NCBI GenBank assembly: GCA_018985225.1
Contig: JADGIF010000235.1
Coordinates: forward strand, 1 to 13,348
Direction of reading: 5' to 3'
Length of the DNA: 13,348 nucleotides
Origin: Amoeboradix gromovi X-113
Lineage: Eukaryota > Fungi > Sanchytriomycota
Part shown: positions 1 to 10,282 of the stretch, in pieces
Layout of the letters: each line of letters begins with the position of its first letter
How positions within the stretch are numbered: the first letter of the stretch is position 1
Made by a program: the position numbers and the translations under genes
The notes under the pieces: generated by a model
Seen by the model: only the letters and a program-made list of their open reading frames with translations
Database searches by the model: none
What the model was told of the DNA's origin: nothing

Positions 1-185
1 GAGCATCTAAGCAAAAGGTGGATTTTCTTAGACGGTACTCTTTTCTAGAGTCATTTTGTAATGTTATACTAAAATCATTACTCTTATCTATTCTAGTTTT
101 TACAGAGTAGTAGTGATATTTTATTTGAAATAAAGATTGGATGAAAGAGTAAGAGAATAGCTGTACAGAATATTTATTTTTGAAA

Positions 186-339
186 TTTCGATACAAAAAG
201 TTGTTTATTTTCCTTTATACTCGTCAACTCCGCAACTAGCTAAATGTCCACTCGTCTCTTAAATCCATAAAGTAATAAAGCTGAAATAATGTTCCAAGTT
301 GCTACAGAAAGTTAGTCCAGTTTTTATATTTGATGTCCC
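186..339 (+). repeat. Left copy of a ~155-bp non-coding repeat, inverted relative to 13181-13348
   Basis: Manual alignment: 186-339 (tttcgatacaaaaag...tttgatgtccc) matches the reverse complement of 13181-13348 with 7 substitutions and two indels (13 nt and 1 nt extra in the right copy). It ends 16 nt before the YOS9 ATG. The outer boundary cannot be fixed because the partner copy runs off the window. Confidence 0.97.
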
Positions 340-355
340 AACTGTACTCTGAAAC

Positions 356-1237
356 ATGATTATCTTCTCTATCGCCTTTTCAGCGTCTGTCTTTTCTGAT
401 CTGGTTAGCCCACAGCTCTTTGACTTCAAATTTGTGAAAAGTGAATCAATTCCAGAAAACACAGTGGTCTATAAAACTGAAAAAAGAAAATTTCATTGCC
501 AAATCCCGCGTAGCCCGGATATCATGACTACTCTCACACCAAGAGATGATATAGACTATTCCCAGTACATTTATATCCCCAAATGTCTGTACTTGAACAA
601 CGGTTGGTGGACATACGAGTTTTGTAATGAAATTATCAGACAGCTACATCTTAGCAATAACATTGAAACAGATGCATATGTCCTAGGTAAACAGAACTCC
701 AATTATAAGGTACAGGAACGCAGTGGCCAATTTGCAATAATCAAGGTCTTTGACAGAGGTACAACCTGCGATGTAAATCAAAAGCATCGCCAGGTGCAGG
801 TTGAATTTTCTTGCTTTCTGAATAACGAGAAGCTCAAATTAAATAACATTTATGAAGAATCTACCTGCCTGTACAAAGCTACAGTTCATGTTCCTGAGCT
901 TTGCGCTGTTGAAGGATTTCAAAAGAAGACCAATACCAATGATATTATTTGCTATTACATTGACGACCAACCTCCGAAAATTAAAGAACCTGTTGCCAAG
1001 AGTGAATCGCAAGATGAATCTCCAGAAATGGAGACTACCGAGAACTTAAAGAGCGACGGTCACTTGGATTTGGGTAAATTATCAGAAATTGTAAATAAGA
1101 TCATTAGTCAGAAAGACAATATTCAAATGATTCTAATGGATGATGAGAAAAACATCGATTTGGAAAAGACCATAAATGAGCTGTTGGCCGAAAATAAAAA
1201 GAAAAAGAAAACGTCAGAGAAAAAAGAGGAACTTTAG
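356..1237 (+). CDS. YOS9: OS-9/Yos9-family ER lectin (MRH/PRKCSH domain, ERAD glycan sensor), 293 aa
   Basis: Short N-terminal hydrophobic signal (MIIFSIAFSA). MRH motifs CLYLNNGWWTYEFC, IRQLH, YVLG, GTTCD..HRQVQVEFSC and IYEESTCLY..VPELC, with the mannose-binding Q-R-E-Y residues apparently present. C-terminal KEEL is a KDEL/HDEL-like ER retrieval signal. Confidence 0.88.
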   Translation: MIIFSIAFSASVFSDLVSPQLFDFKFVKSESIPENTVVYKTEKRKFHCQIPRSPDIMTTLTPRDDIDYSQYIYIPKCLYLNNGWWTYEFCNEIIRQLHLSNNIETDAYVLGKQNSNYKVQERSGQFAIIKVFDRGTTCDVNQKHRQVQVEFSCFLNNEKLKLNNIYEESTCLYKATVHVPELCAVEGFQKKTNTNDIICYYIDDQPPKIKEPVAKSESQDESPEMETTENLKSDGHLDLGKLSEIVNKIISQKDNIQMILMDDEKNIDLEKTINELLAENKKKKKTSEKKEEL

Positions 1238-1241
1238 AACC

Positions 1242-1253
1242 AATAAATTTACT
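1242..1253. terminator. Back-to-back putative polyadenylation signals of convergent YOS9 and MDM31
   Basis: 14-bp intergenic gap (1238-1251). AATAAA on + at 1242-1247 directly abuts AGTAAA on - at 1248-1253, which overlaps the MDM31 TAG. Confidence 0.5.
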
Positions 1254-2901
1254 AAATCATTGCATTATGTTGCATATTGCTTCTATCCAAATACCATTCT
1301 TGCCTTCCTCTTAAATAGTCGAACAGTCTTAGCAAGCTAAAAGCCATTTCCCCCAAACTCCAGATACCCAACCTCTTCAATTTCATTGATCTTAACCTTT
1401 CGTCTTGATACAGCTTAAACAAAGATATTCCCGCTGCCTTCGATATGCAGTCCACTAGACCGCAATTGTAAATACTCCAAGCACCATTAAAGTCTGAGGT
1501 TTCCATAGTGAAATTAGACACTATAGATACATTAGTATGATGATTGTTTAGGAAACCTACGATGGGACGAGCGAACGCATTCCATCCAAATATATTGTTT
1601 AGATTAGTAGGAACATCAGCCTTCAAATCTTTCATTTTAAGATACATCGTAAAATTAATAGAAGTGCTATTAGGTTCAATATTAGAGTATTGCGATAAAT
1701 CTTGCACTTCTTGGGGGATGCCTAGTTTAGATATTTGCCAAGTAATTTCTTTTAAATCACTCACGAAAGAATGGTTCGAGCCTGTTGGAACATGTATTAC
1801 AGCATTTAAATCAACCGTTCCCTGATTTATCCATCCTAATGGACCAGTAGCACCATAATTAAACAGATCTATGGGCAAATTATCAATTTTAACACTAACT
1901 GACTGAAATGGTAGATCAGAATTATTTTCAAGATTATGGAGGCTAAACAGACAGTCATCGTACATTCCGGTAATAGAATCACTTTTCAAAATATCGTGTA
2001 CAATCCAGTTCTTTCTAAATGTCTTACAATGACCATTAAACACATCTATTTTAATCGGCCTAAAATCAGCATAAATCATGTTTATTGATAGATCAGAGAC
2101 CTTCAAGCCATCTATAGCAATATCAGGCTCATTCGGGTCCAGCTTAGCACCTAACTCAATAGAATAATCTACAAATCTCTTATCAAATTCACCTCTGATT
2201 CCTTTGAGCTCAGCACTCGTAATAAGCCCTTTCCCAAACAAAAAATTGATCAGTGATAGTTTAACTTTGACCTCTTTTATGGTTAGATCGAGCAAAGTGT
2301 GGTTTACTTGGGAATAATCGATCTCGCTTGTTCCAGATGGATTTGCGGAATAGTAATAATGGTCTCCAACATTACCTTCATCTGGCCTAGACTTGGAAAC
2401 AGTAATATCTTTAAACACTATCTTACCCTCTTTAAAAGAAGGAATAATAGCAGACTCAAATATAACAGTCGCATTCAACAGCGCTGTTATATGGCGTCCT
2501 ACTAAATAAGCAATCAACTCTTGGAATTGTAAAGAGTTAAGTATAATAAGCAACAACGATATAAAGGTAGTAGTTCCCACTAGTAGGAAGAAGGTATGAG
2601 ATAAAAACAACCAGCTTAATAACGCAAACAAATCATCCGAAGTCCAACGCTTGCGATTCCTTTTTAATGAGTAAATAATCCTGGATTTAAAATTGTTATC
2701 GGTATGGGTGGTTTGCTTATAATTTAATTTTGACGACATGAAATTCCGGCATTGAATAAATGGGTAACTAAATATTGTTCTTGGTGCGCGACATTGCATT
2801 GGAAAGTTACATTGTCTGATAAGTTTAGGTCGTATTTTATTCATTCTAGGTATAGAACGACTTATAAGGCGCCGAGAAATGAAATGCAGTGATTTGATCA
2901 T
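1252..2901 (-). CDS. MDM31: Mitochondrial distribution and morphology protein, Mdm31/Mdm32 family (inner membrane), 549 aa
   Basis: Family-like motifs DDLFALLSW..VGTTTFISL..N..QELIA, FESAIIP.FKEGKIVF, GMYDDCLFSLH, GPLGWI..GTVD, RPIVGFLN, FNGAWSIY..GL and KRLGIWSL. The ORF-track start at 2955 is GTG. The first ATG (2901) begins an Arg-rich, acid-free presequence-like segment (MIKSLHFISRRLISRSIPR). Confidence 0.9.
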   Translation of the reverse strand: MIKSLHFISRRLISRSIPRMNKIRPKLIRQCNFPMQCRAPRTIFSYPFIQCRNFMSSKLNYKQTTHTDNNFKSRIIYSLKRNRKRWTSDDLFALLSWLFLSHTFFLLVGTTTFISLLLIILNSLQFQELIAYLVGRHITALLNATVIFESAIIPSFKEGKIVFKDITVSKSRPDEGNVGDHYYYSANPSGTSEIDYSQVNHTLLDLTIKEVKVKLSLINFLFGKGLITSAELKGIRGEFDKRFVDYSIELGAKLDPNEPDIAIDGLKVSDLSINMIYADFRPIKIDVFNGHCKTFRKNWIVHDILKSDSITGMYDDCLFSLHNLENNSDLPFQSVSVKIDNLPIDLFNYGATGPLGWINQGTVDLNAVIHVPTGSNHSFVSDLKEITWQISKLGIPQEVQDLSQYSNIEPNSTSINFTMYLKMKDLKADVPTNLNNIFGWNAFARPIVGFLNNHHTNVSIVSNFTMETSDFNGAWSIYNCGLVDCISKAAGISLFKLYQDERLRSMKLKRLGIWSLGEMAFSLLRLFDYLRGRQEWYLDRSNMQHNAMI

Positions 2902-3055
2902 GGAGATTTTGAAGTTTTGAGAATGTTCCCACTTGCTTGTAATATCATAATACACTAATGGTCTTATTATTCAAGATTCCATAGTAACAAGACTATAAAA
3001 CGGAATGAGACTTGTAATAACCTCAATTTTCAAATTTATTGAAATAAATATGAAT

Positions 3056-3241
3056 TTATTTACTTTTATCCCCACAATGCTTCATATAAAGAGTCAACAG
3101 ATATCCATTAAATAATACTTTCTCTTCTTCTGTCTGTGCTATTAATCGATTACGCAGATATTCGCAACCAACATCTGTCTGAGGTTGACCAGTCATTATT
3201 CCACTTAAAACTGTTAAAATAATAAATATCAGTGAGGACAT
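3056..3241 (-). CDS. Small putative secreted protein, 61 aa, two Cys, no recognised family
   Basis: ATG at 3241 (the track start at 3244 is TTG). Signal-peptide-like MSSLIFIILTVLSG followed by a helical-looking segment bounded by Cys. The TAA stop overlaps AATAAA, as in neighbouring genes. Confidence 0.55.
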   Translation of the reverse strand: MSSLIFIILTVLSGIMTGQPQTDVGCEYLRNRLIAQTEEEKVLFNGYLLTLYMKHCGDKSK

Positions 3242-4135
3242 CAATTAAGAACTATTCAGTTTTAAAGGAGAGCCCAAACGAAAAGAAATTGACGGAAATA
3301 AGAACACTTTCGATGAAAAGCTGAATGGTGGTAAAATTTAATGATCAAATGAAAAGGAGTTGATGAGTTATTAGGATTTAGGACCTCAAATAAAAACCGT
3401 TTGAAAATTTAGTATAAAATTCCAAATAGACCATTGCACCCCGGAAATAATTGTAAACACCACAAAACTCAAGAAATGCGTGTTTTGCACATAGTGCTTG
3501 TATTGAAGCAGGTAATAACTCATAGAAAGTCCTGATTTACGAGAAAATAAATAGTTTGTACAAAGAAACTGAAAAAGTCTGTCGCTACATTACAATGGTT
3601 GCTCGAAGTTCTTAATACACTGAGACGAGATTGATTAAACATGCCCATACTTCAAGTAAATGTTCACTGCTGCCTTATTTCTCTATTCGCTTGTATATAG
3701 GAGTTTGTTCGTGTATATGTCTCCAAATTGGTTTTCTTTGAGACTTCACACCTTTTACACGTGAGATCAGTAAATGCTTCAGTTCATACAACCAATCTGT
3801 TTCCTTTTTGTTTGCGCTTTACTTAGTTATTAACTTAGTTTCTGTACATGTTAATTTATGCAGGTAAGAAGTCTAAAAAGAGAGTTTACAGTAAAGATAT
3901 AGCTCACGCAATCATGAGAAATAATTTATTCGATTAAAATAGAAACCTGAGCTTTGCAATTAATCTGTAATTACTATTAGTGAATGAAAAAAGACAGATA
4001 ATTAGGCCACTGTAACGCCAGATGAACTAGCGGAGGTATTTATATGCAAACCTTGATTACTATTTCAATAATACATAGTATAATGATACCAGATCAGACA
4101 AGCTCCAGTTTATTTACTAGGAACGAAAGTCGAAT

Positions 4136-7100
4136 CTATTTACTTTGGCTGAGAATTTCGTGTATTTTTAAAATAACATTTTCGATGTAAATTTTTGGTA
4201 TTTCTTGTTTCTCAATTCCTAAAAATGCTAATGATGGCGTTGCTTCGCCCGTTATTCTCAACTTGGGATCTATAATGGTCTTTGTTGATGCATAGTTGTA
4301 CTTAATTCTTGGTGACCTTGTATACTTATTAGCCTCTTTGAGATACAAGCTTATTATGTCTTGAATAAATTGATAATTTTTTAATTGCAGCGTCACATCT
4401 ATTATATTCGATTCAAACTCAAAATCGTAGATCAAGTCCAATTCGCTCATCCTCACATCTGCTAATATCTTGATATTTGGGATGTTACCCAATACTTTAC
4501 TGCTATTTGTCCCCTTGAATGGTTCCAAAATAAATCTGTCATTTAAAACACTCTTTAGAAGTTGTAGCCTCTCTATTTTCATACTTGTATTGTATTTGCT
4601 CCCTTTATAAACCTGTACATAATTCAACCTATCAACCTGAATAGTCATCACATCTCTGTTACTCAATGTAGAAGAACCCAAGATAAATTCAAAATAGTCC
4701 AATTGCACCTCGATATTGTGTTCCGATCCATCTGATTTTGTTCCCATAGTGTCTTCAGTTGTGTTCCATGGCATTTTATTCACAATTTCTAGTAAAGCAT
4801 AAATGTTGGGTATCAATACACTGCTACTGCATCCATATAGCCTGTCTATACGCATAAATATTTTGTCGGAACTCTCCATTTTGAATCCACTCATTTGAAG
4901 CAGTAACACTATCTCTAGTTGATATTTCGATGCTACCTCTAGATGTCCTATGTTTCTCTCAATTAAATCTGTATCCTGCATGTTGATCATAAATGTATTC
5001 CTTCCTTTTATATCCAATATTATGCTACTTATCTTGTTATTGTTTATATCCAGAGCCATTAGATGCCCACTTCCCATCATTTCTCTTGCACTAAGATCCA
5101 AGTCTATCTTACCGATGGTCATAAATGGCTTAAATGAAGTGTTGCTGCTACTTTCAGAATCACTTTTCATCGAAGTCGCAATGATTCCTTTGAAGAGGTC
5201 ATACAACTCATATATTGATTCAAGCTCTACGTTTCCTGTTATTTCCTTTATTGATGGAAACTCCACTACTCTTACGCTCATCTCTTTAAACTGGTTGCAT
5301 ATTATCACTGTACAGATTTCGAATGTAAACGGGATCATGGTGAATCCTGAAAAGTCGATTTTAAACAAGTGCTGTTCGTATGCCAGTTTAAGGTTTGCAG
5401 AAGATATTATTGTATTAAAGCTATTCCCAGCCGCATAGTTATTATCTTTAGTTGTCCAAATCTCAATTATATATCCCACATCTAATTCTCCATTTAAATC
5501 ACTCATAATTAGCTCATTGTTGCTATAATTGATACCAGTTACCTCTATTTCATTTATGTAGTCTACTTGTACCATTTTCAGCCTAAACTCATTGATTCCT
5601 ACACGTAGATTTAGGTCCTCTGATTTTGCAACATCCATCGTATCCATTATGTCTATTATGTGAGCATATAAACCCATTAACATTTCTAGTCTCTCTTGGT
5701 TTAAGTCTATAGTCACGATATCTACCTTTATCTCCTCTTTATATTTTAGATCCTTGACTTCTACAAATTGCTTATTATACATTGATCCCTTGTTGATGCT
5801 ACTGCTTATATACACGTATTGCATGTGCAGAATGCCTTGTTTTCTACTCATTGTTGGTATATGTACCAATATGATGTTTCCATCTGTGCTGCATTTTATG
5901 GATATGTTGCTTCCTTGAATATCGGGCAACGAACTGCCGCTGTCTTTTGCTAGCATGCCTTTATGAACTTTGCTGTTTATGCTGTAATATCTTACTAAAG
6001 TTCTTATCCATTCAATCTGCACATAAATATCACAACTGTTTATAGTAATTAAACCATCACTTAGCACCGCTGCGCTGCTCACGCATATTAGTTTATGACT
6101 GATTTCTATGTTAATGCTATAACGATTGACTATTGTGTCAATTGCGGCGGTAAGCACGCTTTCATTGATTTTCATTGCGCAATTTGCAATGATATTTGTT
6201 ACGCCTGCTGAGCCAGAAACAGTGCCTGGTATAAATGGGATAGCATACTCTGCTACCAACTGCATTAAATCCCCATATTGACATTCAATTTCAACTGGAA
6301 CATGCATCAACAAAATATTTGTGTTGTGATACATTTGGATCCCACTAGTATTGATGTTTAAAATATGATTGAATATTGCAGTGGTGCATGAGCAGTAGAT
6401 ACCCTTGTTCATCAATAGAATGAAATTTAAACAATGACCAACTAGGGGTATTATGAATTTGTTAATGACCACGGTATAGCGAGAAACGGATGAATTATTA
6501 TTGCTTTTAAGCTCAAAGTCGGACACACTCTCTAAAATGCCTCTTACGCCTTTATACATTTCAATTAAAGTGTTAACATTACACACATTGATTGTGTTTA
6601 CACTTACAACATGGTTAAATAGAAATGTGTGAGTAATACATAACAACTCGGAATGGTCATGCATATTTAGCAATTGAATCAAATGTATAGATAACGAGTT
6701 GTTGTACATTAAGTGATTTAAATGCAGAATGTATGATAATAAAGATATTTGCACATGATGGATTGAAATCAGAAGCATTGTATCTTCGTTACTTGTGTTA
6801 GCAAAAGATATGGAGGAAAATTGATGATATAAGCGGATCAAATCTGCCATTCCACCTAACGGATCCACAACAAGCTCATGAACAGAAACATAAGTATTCG
6901 CATTGTTAATAACAGATAGATTCGTAATGCTAATAGAGCTAACAATACATTTGCTTCTATATAAATGGGCATGGCATAGTAACAAACTGAATTTCGAGTT
7001 ACTGGTCATTACATCGACTATAGGAATGCCGTAGGTTAGCGCATTGATAAGTTGTTTGTTCACTGACTGGGACCTGAACTGGGCAAGTGAGGGATGAATT

Positions 7101-10100
7101 CTAATGATATAGACGTTGTTAAAGAAGTTGAAGGACGGAACATCATGCGGAACAAACTTGAACTTAAATTGGTCCAAAAAATGAGATAACAAAGTTAAAA
7201 TGCTAGATAGTTTAGCATACATTGGATAGAGCACTGAAATAAAATCTATGTCCAAGTTAAAAGTTAGTAAATCGCATTTTATTAAGGAGAGATTAGTGGC
7301 TATAATCTGATTGTTATTGCATGTGGCGCTAATAGATTTGCAGCCCTGGGAAGACAATTCACTGATGAAGCATAAAATAGAATTATCCTTGAATTTCAAC
7401 TGAATAGTAGTTTCCAAAACTACCAGAAAATGAGATGGCTGTGCATTAGGTGCAACATTAAAGTAATTAGAGCAATGTTGCGTGTATTTCTGCATTAAGT
7501 TGAGCCATATCAGCTCATTGTTGCAAAGGTAAGGTAGTGCAATGTGTAGTGGATCAATATTGATAATAATGTCCATAAATTGAATTTGGTTAGTGATATA
7601 TTGAGGACTGTTTAAATAGACAGTAGCAGGAGAATGATTCAAGAGACAATTGGAAAGAGACACGGACACAAAATCACTGTTAACTGTAATAAATGGGAAA
7701 AGTGTACCATTGAACATATCAGCGTAGAGGAGTACTCTGAGATCTATTGTGCTAGGATTGTTAGGGATAACTTCAGTGATAGATATATCAACTGATTCAA
7801 TCATTATATCAAAGGTACTTGTGGAACTGGATATAGATAGAGCGTTTTCAAAGTCGTCAATTTGATGTTTAAACAATAAGAACCACTTGAGAAGATTTAA
7901 TAAATTTTGATAAGACACTTTCCCAGCTAAGCAGTCAGTAGACAAAAAGTGATTGGCTTTTAAACTGTTAAAAGTATAACTAAAATTTTTCAAGTGTAGC
8001 CCCGAACAATTTGCAACTGGAACATCTATTGAGAACATGGAAGATTCAGACGAGTGTATTTGAGCATTCAACAGTGGTACTTGAACATTTACAAACAGAC
8101 CATCAATTGTCGTATCCCATGTACACGGTAATGACACAATGGAGTTGTTTAACCTTAAAACAACAGACATGTTGGATGATTTATTATTCTTCAACAGTCG
8201 GGGCTTGCCATCCACATACTCCTGAACTGTGAGGGCAATGGTGAGCAGATTGTCCATAGCATTTGATAGATATTTGATCAAGTGCCCGAATACTGCGACT
8301 TCTCCATCACTAGCAATGATATTTAGATCTAGTATATTGCTTGTCATTGTAGACATATATGATCCGTTCATTAATATGCTGCCGAATGCCATGTATTGCA
8401 ACCCATTCTGATATATGTTGGCCTGGCAAAATAACGGGTTGACTACAAGTTTGCCGCAACTAGCATCAATGGCAAATGTTAATGATTCCTGAACAATCCT
8501 AGTAAACTCAGTTGTGAATTTCATGTTTAAATTAGTAATAACAATTTGCAGATGAGAACTGTCATGCATTGAATTATGAGTGTCAATTATGGTGAGATCA
8601 TTCATATTAAGTAACAACTGACCCTGATCTACTTTTATTACTATGCTGTAATTACTAGGTACGAAAATCAATTCATCATTAATTGAAAAATCAGAGAATG
8701 CATCAATAAGTAGATATAAATGGTCCCCCAGCAAGAATCCATTTATGTTGCTAAAATTGAGGTTAACTGATGTGTCTACAACAGCAGAGTATTTGCATGC
8801 GTACTCAATCCTTAAAGCATCACTAGACAATAGTAACTCATGGTTGAAACTGGTGTTTACCACAATATCTGTGAGTGTTGCAAACACAATAAAGTCAGTG
8901 GACTCCCCTTTATAATGATACAAGTCAATAGTGAATACACTGTCTTTGTCGGTTTTTATATCAATCCAGCTATAAGGGAATATTTTATCGATTTGAGTAG
9001 TATTTAAAAAATCATGTGTAAAGTTACGAAAAGGAAATCTGAAATCCGTACTGCCTGTACAATTGACCTTTATTCTTGTGAACTGCACTTGCCTTTGTAG
9101 ATCTACAACCCTATTGTACTCTGACAACTCTCCTATAAAAGTCTGAAAATATTTTCTCATTAATCGTCTTCGTTCTCTTTCAGCAAAAGGACCATATCTA
9201 ATGGTCGGATTCTTTATGTCTATCTCCAATAAATCAAAAACAGAGTCTGATATGTTATCGTCGGTCCATTTACCAAGCATTATATCATATTGATAATTAA
9301 TTTGAATTTCATCAGACTTTAATATTTCATATACAGCTGCATACTCCTGAATGTTTGCCTGATTTGCTACTGCATATCTATCCAACCCCATCCATTCTAC
9401 CTCGTCGGGTGCATCCAAATTATCATAATCAATATTTGTTTGCAATGACACTTTTCTACTTATTTTGCGCAACAATGTACCTAAAGTTCTGGTAGTAGTA
9501 TGTATATTTAAGGTATGATTACTGTGATTGTGTACAGGTATTTCTGAGTCGATATTTGGAATTAATTTCATTATACATTTCGACGCAGTTAATGTAACCA
9601 CTTGGGCATAATTTGTGTTATTGGATGCTTTAAATGATATTATACATTTACCGCTATTGAAATAAAAAGACAGCAAATGCTTTGTTGCCTTGTTTCCTAT
9701 GATTAAGCCGCATTTATCAATTGCCAAGGAAATTGGTAAAACCCATAATAAAAATGTCGGATCGTACATTAACTCGTCCACATCTATTAAAGATATTTCA
9801 GACCTAGATTGCACCTTGTTGTATAGTTGATTGTACAACGAAGTGTTATTGTAAAGAAATATCTCCATTCCTTTGATTTTGATACCCAGCCTACAAGGTA
9901 GAGTAGGGTCATCCAATCTCTCTTCCTTTATAGCATGAATAAACCAGTTAAGATACTTGTTATTCACATTAACAGGCAAGGACTCAACATGTTGCACCTT
10001 CCATAGCCAATATCGCAGAGTAATATTCATCTTGTGAACAGTGATTTTAAATCCTGGTGAGGTTATAGTCACGTTTTTCAAAGTAACAGAACCTGATAAT

Positions 10101-10282
10101 AATGCTATCTTTAAACTTTCTATAAATATAAAGTGAGGTAAAAATGCGCTAGTAATTTTAGACAAGAGCAAGCCTAGCAGTCGATTAAAGTAAAAAAATA
10201 TGAATAAGAAGCAGAACGATAGTACCAAGCCATAAACAAGGAAGGTGTAAACATTCAAATCTTTTGTAAATAAATCAAACAT
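4136..10282 (-). CDS. CSF1: Csf1/BLTP1 (KIAA1109/Tweek)-family bridge-like lipid transfer protein, 2048 aa, intronless
   Basis: N-terminal TM anchor followed by FFYFNRLLG, SL.IALLSG.V..KNV, ITLRYWL, LPCRL, GMEIFLYNN..LY, EWMGLDRY, EYA.V..IL and YGPFAERER. C-terminal DPKLRITGEATP. Beta-strand-like middle that is strongly diverged. Confidence 0.88.
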   Translation of the reverse strand: MFDLFTKDLNVYTFLVYGLVLSFCFLFIFFYFNRLLGLLLSKITSAFLPHFIFIESLKIALLSGSVTLKNVTITSPGFKITVHKMNITLRYWLWKVQHVESLPVNVNNKYLNWFIHAIKEERLDDPTLPCRLGIKIKGMEIFLYNNTSLYNQLYNKVQSRSEISLIDVDELMYDPTFLLWVLPISLAIDKCGLIIGNKATKHLLSFYFNSGKCIISFKASNNTNYAQVVTLTASKCIMKLIPNIDSEIPVHNHSNHTLNIHTTTRTLGTLLRKISRKVSLQTNIDYDNLDAPDEVEWMGLDRYAVANQANIQEYAAVYEILKSDEIQINYQYDIMLGKWTDDNISDSVFDLLEIDIKNPTIRYGPFAERERRRLMRKYFQTFIGELSEYNRVVDLQRQVQFTRIKVNCTGSTDFRFPFRNFTHDFLNTTQIDKIFPYSWIDIKTDKDSVFTIDLYHYKGESTDFIVFATLTDIVVNTSFNHELLLSSDALRIEYACKYSAVVDTSVNLNFSNINGFLLGDHLYLLIDAFSDFSINDELIFVPSNYSIVIKVDQGQLLLNMNDLTIIDTHNSMHDSSHLQIVITNLNMKFTTEFTRIVQESLTFAIDASCGKLVVNPLFCQANIYQNGLQYMAFGSILMNGSYMSTMTSNILDLNIIASDGEVAVFGHLIKYLSNAMDNLLTIALTVQEYVDGKPRLLKNNKSSNMSVVLRLNNSIVSLPCTWDTTIDGLFVNVQVPLLNAQIHSSESSMFSIDVPVANCSGLHLKNFSYTFNSLKANHFLSTDCLAGKVSYQNLLNLLKWFLLFKHQIDDFENALSISSSTSTFDIMIESVDISITEVIPNNPSTIDLRVLLYADMFNGTLFPFITVNSDFVSVSLSNCLLNHSPATVYLNSPQYITNQIQFMDIIINIDPLHIALPYLCNNELIWLNLMQKYTQHCSNYFNVAPNAQPSHFLVVLETTIQLKFKDNSILCFISELSSQGCKSISATCNNNQIIATNLSLIKCDLLTFNLDIDFISVLYPMYAKLSSILTLLSHFLDQFKFKFVPHDVPSFNFFNNVYIIRIHPSLAQFRSQSVNKQLINALTYGIPIVDVMTSNSKFSLLLCHAHLYRSKCIVSSISITNLSVINNANTYVSVHELVVDPLGGMADLIRLYHQFSSISFANTSNEDTMLLISIHHVQISLLSYILHLNHLMYNNSLSIHLIQLLNMHDHSELLCITHTFLFNHVVSVNTINVCNVNTLIEMYKGVRGILESVSDFELKSNNNSSVSRYTVVINKFIIPLVGHCLNFILLMNKGIYCSCTTAIFNHILNINTSGIQMYHNTNILLMHVPVEIECQYGDLMQLVAEYAIPFIPGTVSGSAGVTNIIANCAMKINESVLTAAIDTIVNRYSINIEISHKLICVSSAAVLSDGLITINSCDIYVQIEWIRTLVRYYSINSKVHKGMLAKDSGSSLPDIQGSNISIKCSTDGNIILVHIPTMSRKQGILHMQYVYISSSINKGSMYNKQFVEVKDLKYKEEIKVDIVTIDLNQERLEMLMGLYAHIIDIMDTMDVAKSEDLNLRVGINEFRLKMVQVDYINEIEVTGINYSNNELIMSDLNGELDVGYIIEIWTTKDNNYAAGNSFNTIISSANLKLAYEQHLFKIDFSGFTMIPFTFEICTVIICNQFKEMSVRVVEFPSIKEITGNVELESIYELYDLFKGIIATSMKSDSESSSNTSFKPFMTIGKIDLDLSAREMMGSGHLMALDINNNKISSIILDIKGRNTFMINMQDTDLIERNIGHLEVASKYQLEIVLLLQMSGFKMESSDKIFMRIDRLYGCSSSVLIPNIYALLEIVNKMPWNTTEDTMGTKSDGSEHNIEVQLDYFEFILGSSTLSNRDVMTIQVDRLNYVQVYKGSKYNTSMKIERLQLLKSVLNDRFILEPFKGTNSSKVLGNIPNIKILADVRMSELDLIYDFEFESNIIDVTLQLKNYQFIQDIISLYLKEANKYTRSPRIKYNYASTKTIIDPKLRITGEATPSLAFLGIEKQEIPKIYIENVILKIHEILSQSK

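Noticed and set aside
259-462. 67-aa minus-strand ORF, and the 76-aa ORF at 12973-13203
   Set aside because: Both are antisense to real genes and run into the repeat. They are not equivalent between the repeat copies and show no motifs.
2902-2955. N-terminal extension of MDM31 in the ORF track
   Set aside because: Starts at GTG. The ATG at 2901 gives a typical mitochondrial presequence.
3858-3937. ATGCAG|GTAAG..CTAAAAAG possible micro-intron gene
   Set aside because: The best splice gives only a 20-aa peptide with no support.
4950-5438. 162-aa plus-strand ORF and other short ORFs (852, 1544, 2299, 8011, 8229, 12506)
   Set aside because: Shadow or alternative-frame ORFs inside well-supported genes, with no recognisable domains.
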